From Octopus sinensis (lineage: Eukaryota), in assembly GCF_006345805.1 (NCBI RefSeq), contig NC_043017.1:17050001-17114000 (forward strand): a stretch of DNA of 64,000 nucleotides, written 5' to 3'. How positions within the stretch are numbered: position 1 is the first letter of the stretch; each line of letters begins with the position of its first letter. The translations under genes were made by a program, and so were the position numbers. Below are positions 25,896 through 38,499 of this stretch, one piece after another. Below the pieces are notes generated by a model. The model saw nothing but the letters and a program-made list of their open reading frames with translations. It made no database searches and was not told the DNA's origin.

Positions 25896-26960
25896 CAGGG
25901 TGCGGTGGATAAATTGTTCTCTAAATTACGCAAAAATGAAAATAACACTGAAAATAACATTTTAACAGTTATATTTACCAAAATTACATAAAAATATCTT
26001 GAAATACTAAAGAGTAAATTTACTCAATAAAATCACTATTGACTTCGACCATGGCCTCCAGATGACTTTGGAATCTCCTGCAACTCTTCTGGACAGTCTC
26101 CTTGTTTAAGTTGGTGAATGCTGCTATAATCCTTGCCTTCAATTCATCTTTGGTGTTACAAGGAGTTTTGTTAGTCTCTCGCTCAACTGCACCCCACACA
26201 TAACAATTAAGAAGGTTGCAGTCTGGGGAGTTAGGTGGCCAGATGTTTGACTAAGTTCTACTTGTGTGAGTCCTGTTGCTAGATGTAGGATCTTCCAGCA
26301 GCCACCTTCTTGACCCAGGCCAGCACTACCTTCTCCAAGTACTTGATATAGGACTGTTGAGTCTGAGGCCGTCTGGGAAGATGAATGGAGGCATAACATT
26401 GCCATCACTAGTGATCACTCCAAATACCACGATGTTGACTGGATGTTTGATTTTTTATCACTTGGTACGTGTTTTAGGGACACAGCAAGCCAATGGTTGT
26501 TCTGTTTGTTCACCATCTGTTACTATCAGAAAGTTTTCTTGTCTGAGAAAAATCCAAAGCATGTTAGGTTGGAAGGATGCTTGAATTTGTTCAAAAGATT
26601 TGTAGTGCGGTCTTTCCTCTTGTCCGTGATAGCTTGGGATAAGAATTGACCCTTTCTCATCTTGTATGAGGAATACCAAATGTCTTCATGCACTATCTAC
26701 CTGATAAGAAACTCAGACACTCCCATGTTTCTGGTGATGGACCTGACTGACTTAGAAGGACTGTTGTCAACCATGGCCTGGATCTCACCAACAAATTCAG
26801 GAGTTCTTTCCTTAACAGAACAGAGTGAGTTTTCCAAGCTGCCTTACCTCCATAATCACCATTAGACTCATCCAACTCTTTCTGAATCCGCTGCATTGTT
26901 CTCAGATTGACACTCAAGCTGTAATGTATAACCAGTAAATCCTGGCTCAAAGAAACTAAT
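25896..26960 (-). mobile_element. Degenerate Tc1/mariner transposase remnant
   Basis: TA-cagggtgc end. Translation includes IWPPNSPDCNLLNCYV and RFQSHLEAMVEVNSDFIE*. Confidence 0.8.
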
Positions 26961-26999
26961 TTCTAGTCATAATCCTAAATAGAAAGGCACCTTATCGTG

Positions 27000-27835
27000 T
27001 TAGCCACGATAGTCTTGACTCAACGTACTTTGTTCTCTATTCACAATGGAAAAGACAATCAACTAGCATTCCTGGACGTATTAATAGCATGCACCAAGTA
27101 TGGATTCAGGACATCCGTATATCGCAAGCCAACCTTCACTGGACGATAGCTCAACTTCAATTCCCACCATCCATACAGTGTAAAGAGAGGGAAAACTCAG
27201 TGCCTAAAATATCGTACAAAGAATATAAGCAGCGATCGTGATACACACCATGAAGAAATGATCAAGCTCAATAACGATCTATTAAGCAACAACAATCCCC
27301 GAAAACATACTCTCCACTCCAATTATGAAGAAAAGAGAGGATGAAACTGATTAACTGTCCACAGTCTGTCTACCCTATGTGAAAGGACTCTCTGAAAAGA
27401 TACAAAAGATATGTGGCCCATATGACATCAGGACAGTATTCAAGAGTAATACAACACTTCACAAATATCTCCTTTGAGTAAAATCATCAATAGAAGAGAA
27501 TATGACCAAAGACTGCGTGTACTCCATCCCATGCAGCTGTGGTAGGTTATACAAAGGTGAAACATGCCACCCACCCTCAAAATAAGGGTAGAGGAACATT
27601 GCAAAGCTGTGACATGAGGAGATATTGATAAACCAGGTATAGCTGATTATGTATGGGAAAATGGAGACCACTTTCCCCTGTGGGATGAAGTTAAAATAAT
27701 AGACAGAAAACACCACTGGAAAATACGGAAACTAAAAGAAGCAGCACATATGCTAGGACACAACAACCTCCTAAGCAGACCGAGCGCAGATATGAACAGC
27801 ATTTGGGAACTGGTGTTAAGGGAGGATAAGAGAAT
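27000..27835 (+). mobile_element. Penelope-like element: RT C-terminus and GIY-YIG endonuclease remnant
   Basis: FTMEKDNQLAFLDVLI...TSVYRKPTFTG..LNFNSHHP, LPYVKGLSEKI, VYSIPCSCGRLYKGET, RKLKEA. Contains stops and frameshifts. Confidence 0.9.
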
Positions 27836-27879
27836 ATTAGATTTATAAGCCCTAAAATTCACTCCATAATTGTCTACAG

Positions 27880-28170
27880 GCATATGGCGTGGTTAAGAGT
27901 GCAGGCTACTAACCCTAAGATCCTGAGTTTGATTCCAGGCAGTGACCTGAATAATAATAATAATAACAACAAGAACATCAAAAAATACCTTAGGAATGAG
28001 AACCCATGTTTGAAATTTCCCCAAAACACCTGAAGAAGGCTAGAGGGTATAACAGCCGAAACATGTTAACAACAAACAAGATGAGAACAAATATCCATCA
28101 ATTGTAAATAATATAAATAATGTGCATAATTCCTCATCTCTGTGAAAAATGTAAATAATGTAAATAATGT
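27880..28170 (+). mobile_element. tRNA-like head + (AAT)n + Penelope-type terminal repeat
   Basis: gtggttaagagtgc...gagtttgattcc head, directly 3' of the GIY-YIG ORF remnant. Confidence 0.75.
28026..28070 (+). ncRNA. Degenerate minimal hammerhead ribozyme
   Basis: ACAC-CTGAAGA-A-GGCT...AGCC-GAAAC has an intact core; the 3' strand of stem I is damaged. Confidence 0.6.
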
Positions 28171-28339
28171 TCAATGTACATTATTCCAAACAGCCGTTCT
28201 CTCTCTCTTCCTTTCCTGTCAAATGCACATTCTCTTTATATCAAGAGAAGTCACTTGAATCCTAGCACAACTTGCATAACAGTTACAAATTGCTATTATA
28301 AATTGAACAATGTCTAATTTGCATAACATTCACTCCCTC

Positions 28340-28800
28340 CTAGAAAGAGAAAGAAAGAAAAAAATCATAGATCAAGGCTTTCTGAATCATTTGAGATTGA
28401 CGCAGCTGAGGGGATTCTTCATTTTGTTCTTGATGATTATCTCTAGGAGGGAGTGAAGAAATTTCAGTTGGCTCCCTGTCTGGTGCTTGGGGGACAAAGG
28501 TTTGGGTTAGGTTATCAGTTGGGTTTAATCTTCCCTGGTGATGCCAGTTGTTTCGTGGATACTGTGGTTTCACGACTGGGTAACAGACGTGAGCGTATTG
28601 GGGGTTGGCTTCGATTAAATCAACTTGGTCCACGATAGGGTCATACTTGTTAGTGCGATTGTTCCTTTGAACAAGCGCAGGTCCTGGGTTAAGAATCCAT
28701 GTTGGCATAGATGTTCCTGTTGCTGAACGTCTTTGATAGCTAAAAAGACTCCGAAACGTTCATATTGGAACTTCCATCCTGAATGCCAACTTGTACAGCA
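28340..28800 (-). mobile_element. Gypsy LTR-retrotransposon integrase C-terminal remnant
   Basis: YQRRSATGTSMPTWILNPGPALV...KYDPIVDQVDLIEANPQYAHV. Confidence 0.75.
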
Positions 28801-29198
28801 TGTTGTTTTTTAAATTTCTGGCAGAGTGAATTGCATCATGGTGCTGTTTATCTCACAGACAGTGCCCAACTGACCCTACTATACTGTGTAATCGACAAAA
28901 TCATAAACAATGTGTATGCGCGAAATTAAAAATATAAAATGGCAGCAATTTACTCATTGCACCCTGTATAATTGACAAAGTTTGTGTTGTTTAGCAAAAG
29001 TCTAACAAAGACAACACAAACACACAAACCCTTTCTTTGAAGAGCTGCATGAGTATTATCGAATAGATCACATGACATTGAGTTCGTTGGAGAACATTTA
29101 CTTATTTAGGTTGATATCATCTATGTTTTTTTTCTTTGTGGTTTTTATTTTTTTGAGAATTAACTCTCTTTCAGTTTTATTTGAAGTATATTATTTAA

Positions 29199-29415
29199 TC
29201 CTTTCGCATTTAAACCGGCCATATCCAGCCCCGACACTGTTTTTTATATTCAAGCTGGCCAGATCTCACCCCTCACATCAACACAGTGATGTTATTCTAA
29301 AACTAAACAATCACATCATTGAAATAGGAAAGCTATGAGACAATGTATGAGTCATTCAAAATAATGTGAATACATAAACATGACATTTGACAGAATATAT
29401 CTGAGCGCTAAAGGG
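29199..29415 (+). mobile_element. piggyBac-type MITE family 2
   Basis: TTAA flanks, ends gcgctaaaggg. Confidence 0.85.
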
Positions 29416-29454
29416 TTAAAATATTTTCATACAACAATAAGTAACAAGCTAACA

Positions 29455-29785
29455 GAACCTTCATTCATTCATTGTTCGACTGTGGTCGAGACAATGGAAT
29501 TTACTATGTTATGCCAGACCTCACGATCCATCATAGCATTACGGAGGTCCTGTTGCTGGATGCCTGTATCCCTGGAGATTACATCAAGGTAGGAGAGTTG
29601 CGCCCTCTGGTATTGCGAGCAGATGGCTTCCAGAGGAGAAGAGTAGAAATTACCTCGTTTTCAGCTCTACAACAATGTCCAGCAAACTGGATTCTCCTAC
29701 CTTTCACAAGAGATGATACAGGTGGTAACTTCCCATATATATGTACTTTGGTTGGATGACGCTTCTACGAGAGATTTTGATTAAT
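29455..29785 (-). mobile_element. 5'-truncated RTEX-like LINE 3' end with (TGAA)n tail
   Basis: HPTKVHIYGKLPPVSSLVKGRRIQFAGHCCRA...LLLWKP...RGR/...DVISRDTG...AMMDREVW. Confidence 0.75.
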
Positions 29786-30413
29786 GAACATAACCTTACA
29801 GCTTATTGATTTCTTTTGATTAGATTCAAAGAAAGTGGGAATTTATCCCAAGGCATTCAGCAGTGTGAGAAAGTGCTGTGGACAGGATATTCAGAATTGT
29901 TATAATAAATCCTCAAGAAATTAAAAGTTTAACAGAAACAAAATTACTTGATGAAGGATGAAGCTTTGTCACAAATCTGTCCCTTGAAACTTTACATCAT
30001 TTTTGTAAGGCCTGCATGCTGTATCCCCTCTAAGCTCTCATATTTTCCTTATTATGTTTCAGAATGAAATGGGGGTAGCCAATGTATTAACTCCTTTTGA
30101 ATGAGATATGTTTGGAGAAGCAGAAAAGTGGGGGGAGATAAAGTATCTGTTTAAGAACTGGGAAAGTACAGAGATTTTGCTGTTGAACAGCCACTGGTCA
30201 ACTCCGACCATAAAAATTTGAAAGATATTTGATGATGAAGCACCTAGTAAATATTTGGGTGCGGTACAGTATCCCATGGAATTAGAATTTATCCAGATAC
30301 GTATTTTATTTGGGCTAAATTTCAAGGATAAATCTATGGAACTTTGTGGCGATCCACAAATTTCTGGTTGAAAGAAAGAAAAGTAAGAAAAGCAATACAG
30401 TGACATTGTATCT

Positions 30414-31042
30414 CTGTGATTCTCAACCATTTTTTGCCTATGAATCCCTTTGATAACCGTTTTATTCTGCTGCCCCCCCCCCCAGCCATTCAATGTTTAA
30501 AAACTAGTTTCATAGATACTTCTTTCAAAATTCCTAATATGTCTATTCATACCTTCACTTGTGTAGTTTGAATTCTATATATAATGCTAGAGATTGTTGC
30601 CAGAGCGGCTAACTAGCATCCATGCCGGTGGCACGTAAAAGGGCACCATTCGAGCGTGATTGTTACCAACGTCGCCTTACTGGCACCTGTGCAGGTGGTA
30701 TGTGTAAAGAGATTCGAGTGAGGTCATTACCAGTACTGCCTGACTGGCCCGTAAAAAGCACCCACTACACTCTTGGAGTGGTTGGCGATAGGAAGGGCAT
30801 CTAGCTGTAGAAACTCTGCCAGATCAGACTGGAGCCTGATGCAGCCTTCTGGCTTCCCAGATCCCTCTCGAACCGTCCAACCCATGCTAGCATGGAGAAT
30901 GGACGTTAAACGATGATGATGATGATGATGAAAGCAAAATATTTTCATGGATCCTTAAAATACTATTGTGAATCACCAATTTACAATTTTGCTTGTGTGG
31001 ACCCCTAAAAATATTATATGGACCCTGGTTCAGAATCCCTAG
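30414..31042 (+). mobile_element. hAT-like MITE containing a family C insertion (30590-30931, + strand)
   Basis: Ends ctgtgattctcaacc / ggttcagaatccct. Homologous to 16106-16740. Confidence 0.7.
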
Positions 31043-31278
31043 GTAGGTTGTATGTATTACTGATGATACTGATTTCCAACTAAATGTAGCACAAGTGTAA
31101 TGGAATACGAATGAGCAATTCCTAATTTAGTTGTCTAGTACATTTTTGTTTTAGCTGCAACTCTTAACAATGGCAGTTATTTTCAGTTAGTTGCTAACAT
31201 ATATCTTAAATAAATTTACAGATATTTAAGAACTGCATCAGCTACAAACTGCCTAGTTTTTCTATCACATTCCTTCAG

Positions 31279-31368
31279 AATTTTTCCCTGTAAGTTAGGA
31301 ATTATATTCCCTCAAATTATATATATATAATTTGAGGGAATATAATTCCTAACTTACGGGGAAAAATT
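31279..31368. repeat. 90-bp near-perfect palindrome centred on (TA)n
   Basis: aatttttccctgtaagttaggaattatattccctcaaatt and its reverse complement, one mismatch. Confidence 0.95.
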
Positions 31369-31728
31369 ATATATCTTATATATCTTCTGTTCTTTGTATG
31401 GACTTAGCTATCTAAAGCAAGGTAGTCAGTCCTTTACTTTTACTGTAGTCATGCTTGGGTTGTTCATTTCTAGTCCACAGTTAATATTAACTCCTTGTTT
31501 AATTTATTTCTTTTTGCTGTGGTTTTGCATTGATTTCGTGCTCCTAAAATCTGACATTCCCTTTCAATTTTTAATCAAGAAGTTCATTTTTTAAATTTTA
31601 ACCTTTCTTCGCATTCATGCAACCATACTCTACCCACTTTTTTGAATGCTAACAACAGAGAAAATATTTCCTTCATTTTTTTTTCTCAATATTTTGTTAG
31701 GTTTACTTTGTATATTTAATTATTATTA

Positions 31729-32079
31729 TTATTTAGTGCTGCCACCTAGCTCCTCTGTCTCTTTAGCAGTGACTTTTCTGTTGCAAGTATTCTGAAAATA
31801 TTTCGTTTTTGGATTTGGTTTGCAAGATTCTTTATATGAGTTTGTGTATTGAAGCATATTCTGTTGTGTCTGGAGAGAGTCATTTTCTTTTTGTGCCTTA
31901 TAATGTAACACACTCACCAGTAAAATTTCCAGGTTTTTCTTATTTTTATTTTCCTAAAATTTTCGATGTATCTTGCAACCTTTTCAATAGTTTTGACTCT
32001 CAAAATTATTGGAAATTTTACCGGTGAGTGTGTTACATAATAAGGCACAAAAAGAAGATGACTCTCCCCATACACAACA
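31729..32079. mobile_element. Fold-back repeat unit U, copy 2
   Basis: ~70-bp inverted arms at 31862-31931 and 32010-32079. Confidence 0.7.
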
Positions 32080-32792
32080 TTCTGAACATGTTTCTGGTAT
32101 AGAGATAATCCAATATCTTCATGTATTGCTTCCTACTGCACCTTCATTGTGTAATATTAGTGTTTATTTGAAGGGGCAAATAAAAACCCACCACCAGATA
32201 CAATTTGCCCCTAACCCTTTGAATAATAAAGAGTAAGCCTTGTTTACTTGTTGACCCACTCATGACCTGTGACATTCAACTGGCAGCTTCCAGAGATGGA
32301 AATAGTAGTTTGCAGCAACCCATCACTCATATTTTTTCCCCCCTTTTTCCCAGATGTTATGGAGGTTCTACAAAAGTCATGGATACTGCTTTTCCTTCTT
32401 GGACTCGGTCATATCTGAATTGAGATTGTTCCATGGTGACAAAATATCAGACAAGTACTGAAATGAATTTTATTGACTGTTAACTGAACACATGATACAA
32501 ATGCCTAATCAGTGATAACACAGTTACTAATTAACCTCATTATGTGTGAACAAAATTTCTGATAAAATTGCAAAGTTGTCACTGTATGATCTTTACATGT
32601 AAATATGAAATATTTCATGTTATTAACTTATCTATTGACAGCATTATTAGCCAAATAGCTGTGTACATACGTAACTCTCAGCTTTCAAACTAATTACATA
32701 ATAGCTGAGATGCTATTTTAGAAAGGTCAAACTTTACAATTTAACATTAAGTAACACTGACTAGAGTTACTGCCTCACCCTATACTTTCTGG

Positions 32793-32864
32793 ACAAGGTA
32801 CATTTACTACATTACAACAAGGTACATTTACTTCATTACCACAAGGTACATTTACTACATTACT
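32793..32864 (+). repeat. 24-bp minisatellite, three copies
   Basis: acaaggtacatttactacattaca units. Confidence 0.95.
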
Positions 32865-33229
32865 CATTGCTATCTTGTACTAAACCTTAATGTTTTCTTG
32901 TGAATATTTTTTGTTGTTGTTCTTTCTTTTGTATATAAACAAGTACCATTGGTACTTACACACATAGCTTGCTGCTATATGTTGTCTAATAATTATAAAT
33001 AGTACCAAAGAAAAATAGAGTAACTGTGGTTAAAAATGGGGAAGTACTGAATATATTTAACGAGTACATTGTTTAGTTGCAGTGTAAAACCAAGACTTTC
33101 CATAGATTCTGCATACACATTGTAATTTATAATTAACTTGTGTCCTCGTCAAACTCTGATTTTTTTTCTACAGGAATCTAACCCACTTTAAGGAAGCATG
33201 CTACAGTGTTTCCCAATCCAAAGAAGAGT

Positions 33230-34320
33230 AACCTCTCTGGCTCTGTCAACTCCTGACTTCTCACTGTCATTTACAACATCTCCAAGGTAACGCAAACCAA
33301 TGAACAACCACCTTCAATGTTTCCTGCCTTAGTGGCCACCACATTGATTTCTGTAGAGCCAGATCTACAAAAAAACTTGCTCTCCCGAGTCATGCACTAG
33401 TGATATCTTATCCTTGAGACATTTAGCAGAAAATTTCAATATGTCTTGCATGAGAACCTCTTAGCTAAGTTACCTGCGTATAGACTTCATTCCTCTTGCT
33501 GTCAGTCTGCTTTATTGCAAAGTCTGCTTACACGCTCTCCCGTTTTTTTATATACCAAGTTTTGTTTAAGACATCTTGCACTATTCCTTTTGTACATAAC
33601 ATCATTGCTGTTTATTTACTTTAATAATATATTCATTTGTCAGGCGAGCTGGCAGAAGCGTTGGTAAACCGGGCAAAATGCTCAGCGGTATTTCGTCTGC
33701 CGCTACGTTCTGAGTTCAAATTCCGCCGAGGTTGACTTTGCCTTTCATCCTTTCGGGGTCTATTAAATAAGTACCAGTTAAGCACTGGGGTCAATGTAAT
33801 CGATTAAATCCATTTGTCTGTCCTCTGTGTTTAGCCCCTTGTGGGCAATAAAGAAATAAATATATTCATTTATCAGATTTTGTCACTTGTACTGATCCTT
33901 GACTATTGATGTAGAGAACATCATGGGAACCTGACAACCTAGTCTCCCCTTCAAAAAAGAAAAAACAGCTTTGCCATCTCTACATATATCAAAATCATCC
34001 ACCTCACCATTTCTTACATACAGCACACAACTAAAGTGCACAAGTGTGCAGTCTGTTAACCTGCTCATGATTCTACTGCACCTTATGTGCATCCATAGTT
34101 TTGCACTAGACATACCTTATGGAATTCATATCTTCTTTCCTACATATTGCACAGAGCAGGGTTTTGTCTGTTTTCTTGTAAAATATTTTAGTTACAGGTA
34201 AGATAAATTTTACCTCATATGATTCTAGGCTTTGTTTTCATGCCTGGAATTTCTTCTCTAAGCTAGCAACAGATTCAAGTGATTCATCAATATGAGTGAG
34301 TTCTAGAGTGTGCAGAAGTT
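33230..34320 (-). mobile_element. Two old RTE LINE fragments with PHD-like insert, separated by SINE B
   Basis: LEKKFQA..QSLES, CAICRKEDMNSI...CKLWMHIRCSRIMSRLT, LKVV...RYLGDVV. Confidence 0.65.
33642..33858 (+). mobile_element. SINE family B with ~17-bp TSD
   Basis: TSD aatatattcattt(g/a)tca at 33626-33642 and 33859-33875. Confidence 0.92.
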
Positions 34321-34322
34321 CA

Positions 34323-34720
34323 CATCATCATCATCATCATCATCTCCATCATCATCATTGTTTAATGTCCGTTTTCCATGCTAGCATGGGTTGGACGGTT
34401 TGATCAGGGTCTGGTAAGCCATGGAGGATGCACCAGGCTCCAGTCTGATTTGGCAGGGTTTCTACGGCTGGATGTCCTTCCTAACACCAATTACTCCGTG
34501 AGTGTACTGGGTGTTTTTTACGTGCCACTGGTACAGGGGCCAGAGGAGGCTGGCAAACGGCCACGATCGGTTGGTGCTTGTATATGTCACGGACACGGAC
34601 GCCAGTCAGGTGGCGCTGGCATCGGCCACGTTCGGACAGTGCTTTTTACGTGTCACCGGCACAGGTGTCTTAACTACAATTTCCATTTGATTTTTATTTT
34701 GATGTTGGTGTTGACGTATA
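34323..34720 (-). mobile_element. Family C repeat (RTE 3'UTR-derived)
   Basis: (CAT)n tail. Its 5' part includes caaatggaaattgtagtt. Confidence 0.9.
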
Positions 34721-34829
34721 GGTCTCCTCGAGAACAGCGGGTCACTCTACAATCCAAGGTTAGCACAGCAGGCCGTCCTGTGAGCCATGAACTCACTTCA
34801 TATAAATATATGTATATATATACTCACAA

Positions 34830-36900
34830 AAACTGAGTCCCTAGAGAAAGGAAGATTCTTATGAAACGAGGGACAAAGATTGCAAACCGCCTGAAGCAAG
34901 CATCCCAAAAGTGACAAGAAGCCCCACCTGGAGAGAGCGCTACTGGAGATTGAGAAATGTCTGCATCAGTCTCATGAAAAGAAGCTTGGGTTACAGAAAA
35001 TTTCAAGTCAAACCTTAAAGCTTTTTTTAAGTTTGCCAAAGAAACAGCTTCAATATGTCACAAGATAGGATCCCTCTCCCAAAAGGATGGCTCCCTCACA
35101 GGAAACCCTATGAGGCTAAGTGAAATACTGAATGGACAGTTCCAAAGTGTGTTCACTACACCACTGGGACACAGGCGAGTGAACTAACTAGCAGAATTCT
35201 TTGCCACATTAGCTAAAACCAAAGAAATTACAAAAATTGAGTACATAAACATTGAAGAAGAAGATGTAATACTGGCCATAGATGAGGTCGACACAAACTC
35301 AGCAGCTGGCCTGGATGGGTTTTCAGTGGTCCTACTCAAATCTTTTAGAGCTTCCTTACAAGTGGTAAGCTCCCAAACAAACTGAAGGAAGGGATAATAT
35401 GCCCTATCCATAAGGGAGGAAGCAGAGCAGATGCTAAAAAATATAAGCCTATTCTCTCTAACCTCACACATCAGTAAAGTCATGGAATGAATAATTCACA
35501 GGAAACTACTCATGTTCCGAGAAGAAAATGACTTGCTGACTGACACCCAGCATCGATTTCGACCAGGTAGAAGCTGTCTCACACAGCTCCTGCAACACTA
35601 TGACTGGGTGTTAAAACAGCTGCTGAAGGACTCAAGCGTGGGTGTGATATATCTCGATTTTGCAAAAGCTTTTGATAAAGTTGACCATGGTATGATATGT
35701 CACAAACTGCGTGATCTTGGCATAAGTGGAAAATTTGGAGAATGGCTGCACAACTTTATAAAAGATAGACATCAGGCAGTAGTGGATAATGGAGCCACCT
35801 CCAAGGAAACACAAATAGCAAGTGGTGTTCCACAGGGCACTGCCTTGGGGCCACTGCTGTTCATAGTGGCCCTCTTAGACATACCCTCAGCTGCTCAGAT
35901 AGCTACCCTTGCAAGCTATGCAGATGATACAAAAGTCTCTCAGACAATATAAAACCCTGGAAATATTGCACATCTGCAATGGGAATTGAATGCAATATAC
36001 AGGTGGGCTAAGGACAACAACATGCAGTTAAATGCAGGAAAATTCCTGGCCCTACACTACCAGAACACAAAGCTAAACGACATGCAGATAGGATACACTG
36101 GCCTGGAAGGAATTGCAATCCCTGAATCAAAATCAGTGTGTGACCTGGGTATTGGCATGAGCAATGATGCATCTTTCCAAGTGCATATTACCAATATGGT
36201 AATAAAATGCAGACAGCTAGCAGGATGGATCCTCTGAACTTTCAAAACAAGAGAAAAGGAGACACTGATGGTCCTTTGGAGGACATGCGTTCTTAGCCAA
36301 TTGGACTACTACTCCCAACTGTGGTCACCACACTATATAAAATCCATGGCGGATCCCGAAGCAATCTGACGAAGCTACACAAAGAAAATTGTCTCAATGC
36401 ACCGTATCAGCTACTGGGAAAGACCGAAAGTGTTAAAACTCTTCTCTTTGGAAAGAAGGTGGGAGAGATATGCAGTGATATGTACCTGGAAACTCCTAGA
36501 AGACCTTGTTTCAAACTTTGGCATTGAAAGTTATTCAAACTGCAGAACGGGGCACCACTGCATAGTGCCAAAGATCCTAGCATTGCCATCAAAATACAGG
36601 ACCAGATACTGCAACAACTTGGACTTCAAGGGCCCACAGCTCTTTGATATTCTTCCAAAATGCCTGATAGACCTGCACGGTATGGATGTAAGTGTCTTTA
36701 AAACAAAACTGGATCTCTTCTAGTTAAGGGTTCCATATGAGCCTACCTCACAGCAGGAAACACAGAAGAGGGCAGCAGCATCAAACTCCCTCATTGACCA
36801 AATGCCATGTATCAGAGGAAGTTTCAAATAATGGTGTAGCTCAGTCATCAGTCGTTTCCCAGCATGACCACCGCTTTCAAGCTGAAACATTTTAAAATAG
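34830..36900 (+). mobile_element. CR1/L2-like LINE, 5'-truncated, RT pseudogene
   Basis: QHRFRPGRSCLTQLL, YLDFAKAFDKVDH, SGVPQGTALGPLLF, YADDTK, FSLERRWERY, GPQLFDILPK. Several stops and frameshifts. Confidence 0.95.
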
Positions 36901-36906
36901 TTTATG

Positions 36907-36943
<37 letters not shown>

Positions 36944-36949
36944 ATATAT

Positions 36950-37125
36950 ATCACCTTGACCGACCAGTCCGTCAGGCATCCATTTGACACCGCTGGTCAC
37001 AGTACTCTGTCCACTCCTCTCTGGATCATGCCTTTCTCATCCATGTGATCCCAATCGTCCTCCTGAAATTGTAACTCCACCGTTGTGGTGGTCTTTTCCG
37101 CTCGCGCGGGTACCACTCGACAACT
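36950..37125 (-). mobile_element. Short RTE-like LINE 3' end
   Basis: Degenerate ...RPPQRW...WMRKA*SREEW... ending in a TA tract. Confidence 0.5.
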
Positions 37126-37147
37126 GTATACACACACACACACACAC

Positions 37148-38060
37148 AAAAGGGTATCCAAAAGAAACTGGAATTTTGCAATATTATTTTATTCACTTAG
37201 CTTAACATGTTTACCCTTTTATTGCCTTCAAAGTATTATCCTTTTGAAACAATGCATCGGTTCAGGCACATTTTCCACTGTTGAAAGCAGTCCTGGAACT
37301 CTTGCCAAGTGATGCCTCTTAACACTTCTGTCATTTTTTTTTCTCCTATTCCACATATCCAAAACGTTTTCCTTTAAGGACATTTTTCATTTTGGCAAAC
37401 AAAAAAAGTCGTGGGGAGCAAGATCAACTTTCAACTGTTCTTTCGGTTCACAACATGCATTCAGTTGGGACTGCTTTTGATCTTCTGTGGCCAAGCAAAG
37501 CACAAATTTTGCCTCAACTCTTTTTATTCACAATTCCTCGCTCAAAGTTCATTGGCAGGAGCTTTAGGATATACCAGTCATATCAACAAGTTCATTAATT
37601 ATTTGGTGTTGATTCTCCAAGATCAGTTCAAGAATTTTCATGTTTTCATTCATTCAAGGATCAAAGGTCACCCTGAACAAGGGCTGGTCTTTAAGTAACA
37701 AGTGGCCATCCCCGAGGCATGAAAACCACTTATAAACCTGTGTTTTTGCTCACGGCGGAGTCCTTGGAAATTTTTTGAAGCATGACAACTGTTTTGACAG
37801 CTGTTTTGAGAATTCCACAGAAACAGAATTTCATTGAAGCATACTGTTCTTTCATTTCAACCATCGAAAAAAATCAACAAAGAAAAGAGACCCACTGCCA
37901 AGCAAAGATGCACTAGGTGGCAGTACGACTCCACTGGATGCTGCTGGTCATCAGACTGACAGCTGAGGGTCATATCAAGTAACTTCTAGCTGCGGAAGCC
38001 TGAACTAGAATGGGCTTGTCCCACAGAGAACATTTCTGGTTACTTTTGTGTATCTCCTCA
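37148..38060 (-). mobile_element. Degenerate mariner element inserted in a CA microsatellite
   Basis: TIR-like ends agggtatccaaaagaaactgg / ttctggttacttttgtgtatctcctca-TA. Remnants DLAPHDFF and FQQWKMCLNRCIVSKG. Confidence 0.75.
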
Positions 38061-38499
38061 TACACACACACACACAGAGGCATGCACACAGACATATATA
38101 TATAGTGTACTGTTCTTTTATTGGTAGGATTAAAAGCAGTGGAAAAATAGAAAGAATTAAAGCAAAAAAACTAAGCAGTCCAGTGAAAGAGGCCAGTGGT
38201 TAGCATTGCTGAAAGAAAGAGAAAGAATGAAAGAAAAGAAGGAAATTGAAGGACTGGGATTATAGAATTAATAGCACCCCTACAGAGATAAAAAGTCTAG
38301 CAGTTTCAAGGTCATTGGGTTTAGGAGATCTTAAAGCAGGCATTTGTAAAAGTGCAGTTTTGGTGCTAGAAATTGCCCATGTACAATTATGTCTGTAAAT
38401 GTATATGCACACAAACACACTGATCTAACCATAAACAAAGTTGCATGTGAGAATACTCCCAAATCATAAACATTTGTACAATAATCACCTTATATTAAA

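Noticed and set aside
29472-29759. 95-aa + strand ORF with an internal donor
   Set aside because: The opposite strand is a recognisable LINE C-terminus with a tail.
33174-33286. Exon-like block with good acceptor and donor
   Set aside because: It has stops in all three frames and overlaps an antisense RTE remnant.
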